A DNA stretch of 64,000 nucleotides from NCBI GenBank assembly GCA_963666275.2, contig CAXXOA010000001.1, forward strand, positions 1,472,001 to 1,536,000, in the 5' to 3' direction. A program made the position numbers and the translations under genes. This stretch comes from Oceanispirochaeta sp. (GTDB lineage Bacteria > Spirochaetota > Spirochaetia > DSM-2461). The notes beneath the pieces are model-generated. The model saw only the letters and a list, made by a program, of their open reading frames with translations. It made no database searches and was not told where the DNA came from. Numbering within the stretch: the first letter of the stretch is position 1; each line of letters opens with the position of its first letter. This document shows, piece by piece, positions 61,100 to 64,000 of this stretch.

Positions 61100-61169
61100 C
61101 ATTTCAAAAGGCCTGCATATAATTCCTGAAAAATCTGCCGATAATGGGAGCAGGAAGGAGTCCCTGTTT

Positions 61170-62321
61170 ATGCCGCAAATTAATAGAAGAGCTACCAGAG
61201 CGGTTATCAATCTTGATCACCTGGCTCATAATCTTGAATGTCTGAGAGAACTGACCGGAGCAGATAAAAAAATCTGTGCTCCCGTCAAAGCGGACGGATA
61301 CGGACATGGCGCTGTGGAAATTGCTGTTAAATCTCTTGAATGCGGAGTGGATTTTCTGGCTGTCGCTACAGTCAATGAAGCTGTCCATCTCAGGGAAGCG
61401 GGCATCAATGCTCCCATTATACTCTTCAGTTCTGCTGTAAAAGCGGAAATTCCGGATCTGATCCAATACGGGCTGACTCCCTTCGTGGGCGACCCTGATT
61501 ATGCTGAGCTTCTCAACAGGGAAGCCTCCAGCCAGGGGCGGGATATCAAAGTTCATCTTAAAATAGATACTGGCATGGGGCGGATCGGAGTGAGTCCGGA
61601 AAATGCTCTCTCTCTGGCCGGGAAAATAGCCGGAATGTCCCATTTGACTCTGGAGGGCTGCTGTACCCATTTTCCTGTTTCGGACAGCCCCGATGAGGGA
61701 GATAAAGCGTTCACCGCCTATCAGATCAAACTTTTTGCCGACACAGTGGCATTCCTTAAAAAGAACGGTATCAATACAGGGATCATCCATGCCGCCAATT
61801 CAGGGGCCGTGCTTTCCTATCCCGAGGCGCATTTCGATATGATCAGACCGGGGATAAGCCTTTACGGATACTATCCTGACCCCCGGATGAAAAAAAATAT
61901 AGCTCTTAAACCGGTTATGCAGCTTACTTCCCGGGTATCCTATATAAAAACTGTTAAGAAAGGGACATCCGTATCCTACGGAAGGACCTGGTATGCATCC
62001 CGGGATACCAGAATCGCAACCATACCCGTTGGTTATGGTGATGGTTACAACAGACTTCTTTCCAACAGAGGCAAGGTCCTTATCAGGGGCCGCACATTTC
62101 CGGTTGTCGGCAGAATCTGTATGGATCAGTTCATGGTGGATCTTGGCGGAGCGGCTGATATCTTGCTCAACGAGGAAGTGGTTCTTTTCGGTTATGCCTC
62201 GGGTGCTGTGACAGCCGAGGATGTGGCCGGTCTGATCGGCACAATCCCCTATGAAGTCACATGCAATATCAATAAACGTGTTCCCCGGGATTATCTGGAG
62301 AGAGATGTCCACAGCTGCTGA
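61170..62321 (+). CDS. alr: Alanine racemase
   Basis: VKADGYGHG (PLP lysine), KIDTGMGRIG, RPGISLYG, GRICMDQ, IPYE. Confidence 0.97.
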   Translation: MPQINRRATRAVINLDHLAHNLECLRELTGADKKICAPVKADGYGHGAVEIAVKSLECGVDFLAVATVNEAVHLREAGINAPIILFSSAVKAEIPDLIQYGLTPFVGDPDYAELLNREASSQGRDIKVHLKIDTGMGRIGVSPENALSLAGKIAGMSHLTLEGCCTHFPVSDSPDEGDKAFTAYQIKLFADTVAFLKKNGINTGIIHAANSGAVLSYPEAHFDMIRPGISLYGYYPDPRMKKNIALKPVMQLTSRVSYIKTVKKGTSVSYGRTWYASRDTRIATIPVGYGDGYNRLLSNRGKVLIRGRTFPVVGRICMDQFMVDLGGAADILLNEEVVLFGYASGAVTAEDVAGLIGTIPYEVTCNINKRVPRDYLERDVHSC

Positions 62322-62327
62322 CAGGCT

Positions 62328-63137
62328 TCAGTGACCGTATTTTTTTCTGAGTTTGGTAAAATCCCTGCCGAATATTTCTTCTGTCCGGTTTCCCAGAAAA
62401 CGGCTGACTTCGGCTATATAGAAATCATGGATAATATATCCTTCAATGGATTTTATCAGACCTTTGTTTCTTGTCCATACTGTCTGACAGGGCTCTCTGG
62501 CTCCCAGACTTCCTGTCAGGCAGACATCGCCGTCAGAGACAATATCGAGTGAACGGCCCACTTCCTCAATATCCTCCAGCTTCTCTATGCTGTGGTAGCA
62601 GAGGATCCCGAAATCCGGTTCCGCTTCTCCATACAGAAGAATATTTACCTTGACGCCCCGTTCAGAGGCTTTTCTGAGATCTGTTTCCAGAACTTCCAGT
62701 TCCTCATCCCAGATCCCTATAAAAAGACTTGATTCAGTTTCTCTGATGATCCTCTGGGCAGTTTCCAGGACTTCATCCCGATCGTTCAGATTCCAGACCG
62801 GATCAAAATCCGCCTTGAAATGGATGTGGGAAAGCTGCCTTTTGAGCTGATCCGTTACTTTTTCATTCTCTTTTCTTATTCTGCCTATCATCTCTTCCGG
62901 TGCCAGGGGGGAAAAGAGTTCGGGGTTTGTTCCCTTGGATGTGACAAAGCCCTTTTTAATGAGCCTTCTTGTAATATCATAGACCCGGGAGTGGGGGACT
63001 CCGGAAACCTTTGAAATACTGTAGGCGCTCAGGGGATGCTCGGTTATAAGGCATAGATAGACTTTCCCTTCGTATTCGGTAAAACCGAGATCTTTGAGAT
63101 TTTCCAGGATCGGGTCGAATTCTTTGGAGTTCATCAT
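62328..63137 (-). CDS. TrmB-family transcriptional regulator
   Basis: LGFTEYEGKVY...SGVPHSRVYD...LIKKG wHTH plus effector-binding domain (ERGVKV). Confidence 0.9.
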   Translation of the reverse strand: MMNSKEFDPILENLKDLGFTEYEGKVYLCLITEHPLSAYSISKVSGVPHSRVYDITRRLIKKGFVTSKGTNPELFSPLAPEEMIGRIRKENEKVTDQLKRQLSHIHFKADFDPVWNLNDRDEVLETAQRIIRETESSLFIGIWDEELEVLETDLRKASERGVKVNILLYGEAEPDFGILCYHSIEKLEDIEEVGRSLDIVSDGDVCLTGSLGAREPCQTVWTRNKGLIKSIEGYIIHDFYIAEVSRFLGNRTEEIFGRDFTKLRKKYGH

Positions 63138-63222
63138 ATAAACCTATTGTACTTATCCTTCAGGGCTTTTGTCTATGAGCACGGTAAATTGCTAAGATTC
63201 GCCTGTTGGAGTAGAATTATCC

Positions 63223-64000
63223 ATGATGAAAAAGACAGGCATTGTCCTTGTATGGTGGATCGCCCTCCTGGGGATCTCCTGTACTACCGGATCAGACAGA
63301 AACAGAGGAAATCTCAGCGGAGCTATGGAGAAATCCAGGGATGACTATAAAGAGGAGAGGGTTGTTCCCGATGAAGAGGAGGATCCCTGGTTTTCCGAAG
63401 ACAGGGAAGAGAAGGATCCTCCGCCTTCAGACCCGCAGTCACCGGATGAGGGAAACCCCGGTTCTGTAGACTCAGAGGGAACAGACCTGACAGAGGATCC
63501 GGCGGATCTTTTTCTTCTTTTCAGAGGAGGTTCCAGTCTTTACGAGGGGGCTCATTTTGAAAATCCCCTGGATCTTGAGGTCCTCCTGGGAACCACCCGG
63601 GATTCTTTTCTCGGGTATTTTCTGTTCGGTGGTTTGAAAACCCTTACTGTCCGAAGGGAGGACTCCCTTTATGATTCCATTAAACCCAGGCCTTTTATGC
63701 TTCAGGGAGGGTTGGAACTGCGCTACTACCCCATAAAAAACTGGCGCTATTTTCTCCCCTATGCTACAGGCAGGATGTCCGGTTTCATTCTGTTCTGGAA
63801 TTATCAGAATGCCTTGATCGCCGGTTCTGATACGATTCAGTCGGATTCTCTGGGAGGTCTGGGACTGGATCTCGGAGTGGGGATTGACCTGATTCAGACA
63901 GACACATTCCAGGCGGGGATACAGCTGCTTCCCCAGAGCTTTCTCTTCGGTGAAGAGACCTCACAGGGGTTCACTAACGATATTTTCGATACCTACGGCA
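63223..64000 (+). CDS. Hypothetical lipoprotein (partial, runs off window end)
   Basis: Manual translation open from ATG 63223 to the edge: MMKKTGIVLVWWIALLGISC, an acidic/Pro linker, then beta-strand-like GGLELRYYP and GLGLDLGVGID; not in the ORF track. Confidence 0.75.
   Translation, partial: MMKKTGIVLVWWIALLGISCTTGSDRNRGNLSGAMEKSRDDYKEERVVPDEEEDPWFSEDREEKDPPPSDPQSPDEGNPGSVDSEGTDLTEDPADLFLLFRGGSSLYEGAHFENPLDLEVLLGTTRDSFLGYFLFGGLKTLTVRREDSLYDSIKPRPFMLQGGLELRYYPIKNWRYFLPYATGRMSGFILFWNYQNALIAGSDTIQSDSLGGLGLDLGVGIDLIQTDTFQAGIQLLPQSFLFGEETSQGFTNDIFDTYG

Overview
Core-genome segment of a spirochaete chromosome, inferred from gene content and gene order that resemble Treponema/Borrelia/Spirochaeta. 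It is mostly housekeeping: murI-rsgA, a V/A-type ATPase operon (E-C-A-B-D-I-K) with a Na+-type K ring, ispG, uvrA-lptD, phoH-7TM/HD-ybeY-corC, gap-pgk-tpiA-secG, PPIase-nusB-map-htrA, folD, two identical tRNA-Gly(TCC) genes, purB-guaB-purA-guaA, a heme-c chemoreceptor, arcA-argF, alr and a TrmB regulator. The one clearly accessory region is an AT-rich insert of about 3.8 kb (about 11180-14995). It holds an orphan Rhs C-terminal toxin with a candidate immunity gene, then an integron attC-like site split by an intact IS481 (26-bp terminal inverted repeats, 7-bp target duplication), an IS256 remnant abutting a second degenerate attC-like half, and an inverted HigBA-like toxin-antitoxin pair. No integrase is present in the window. 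This attC-associated polymorphic-toxin cassette relic is the best candidate for an undescribed system. All family calls come from motif recognition and recalled synteny; no database searches were run.
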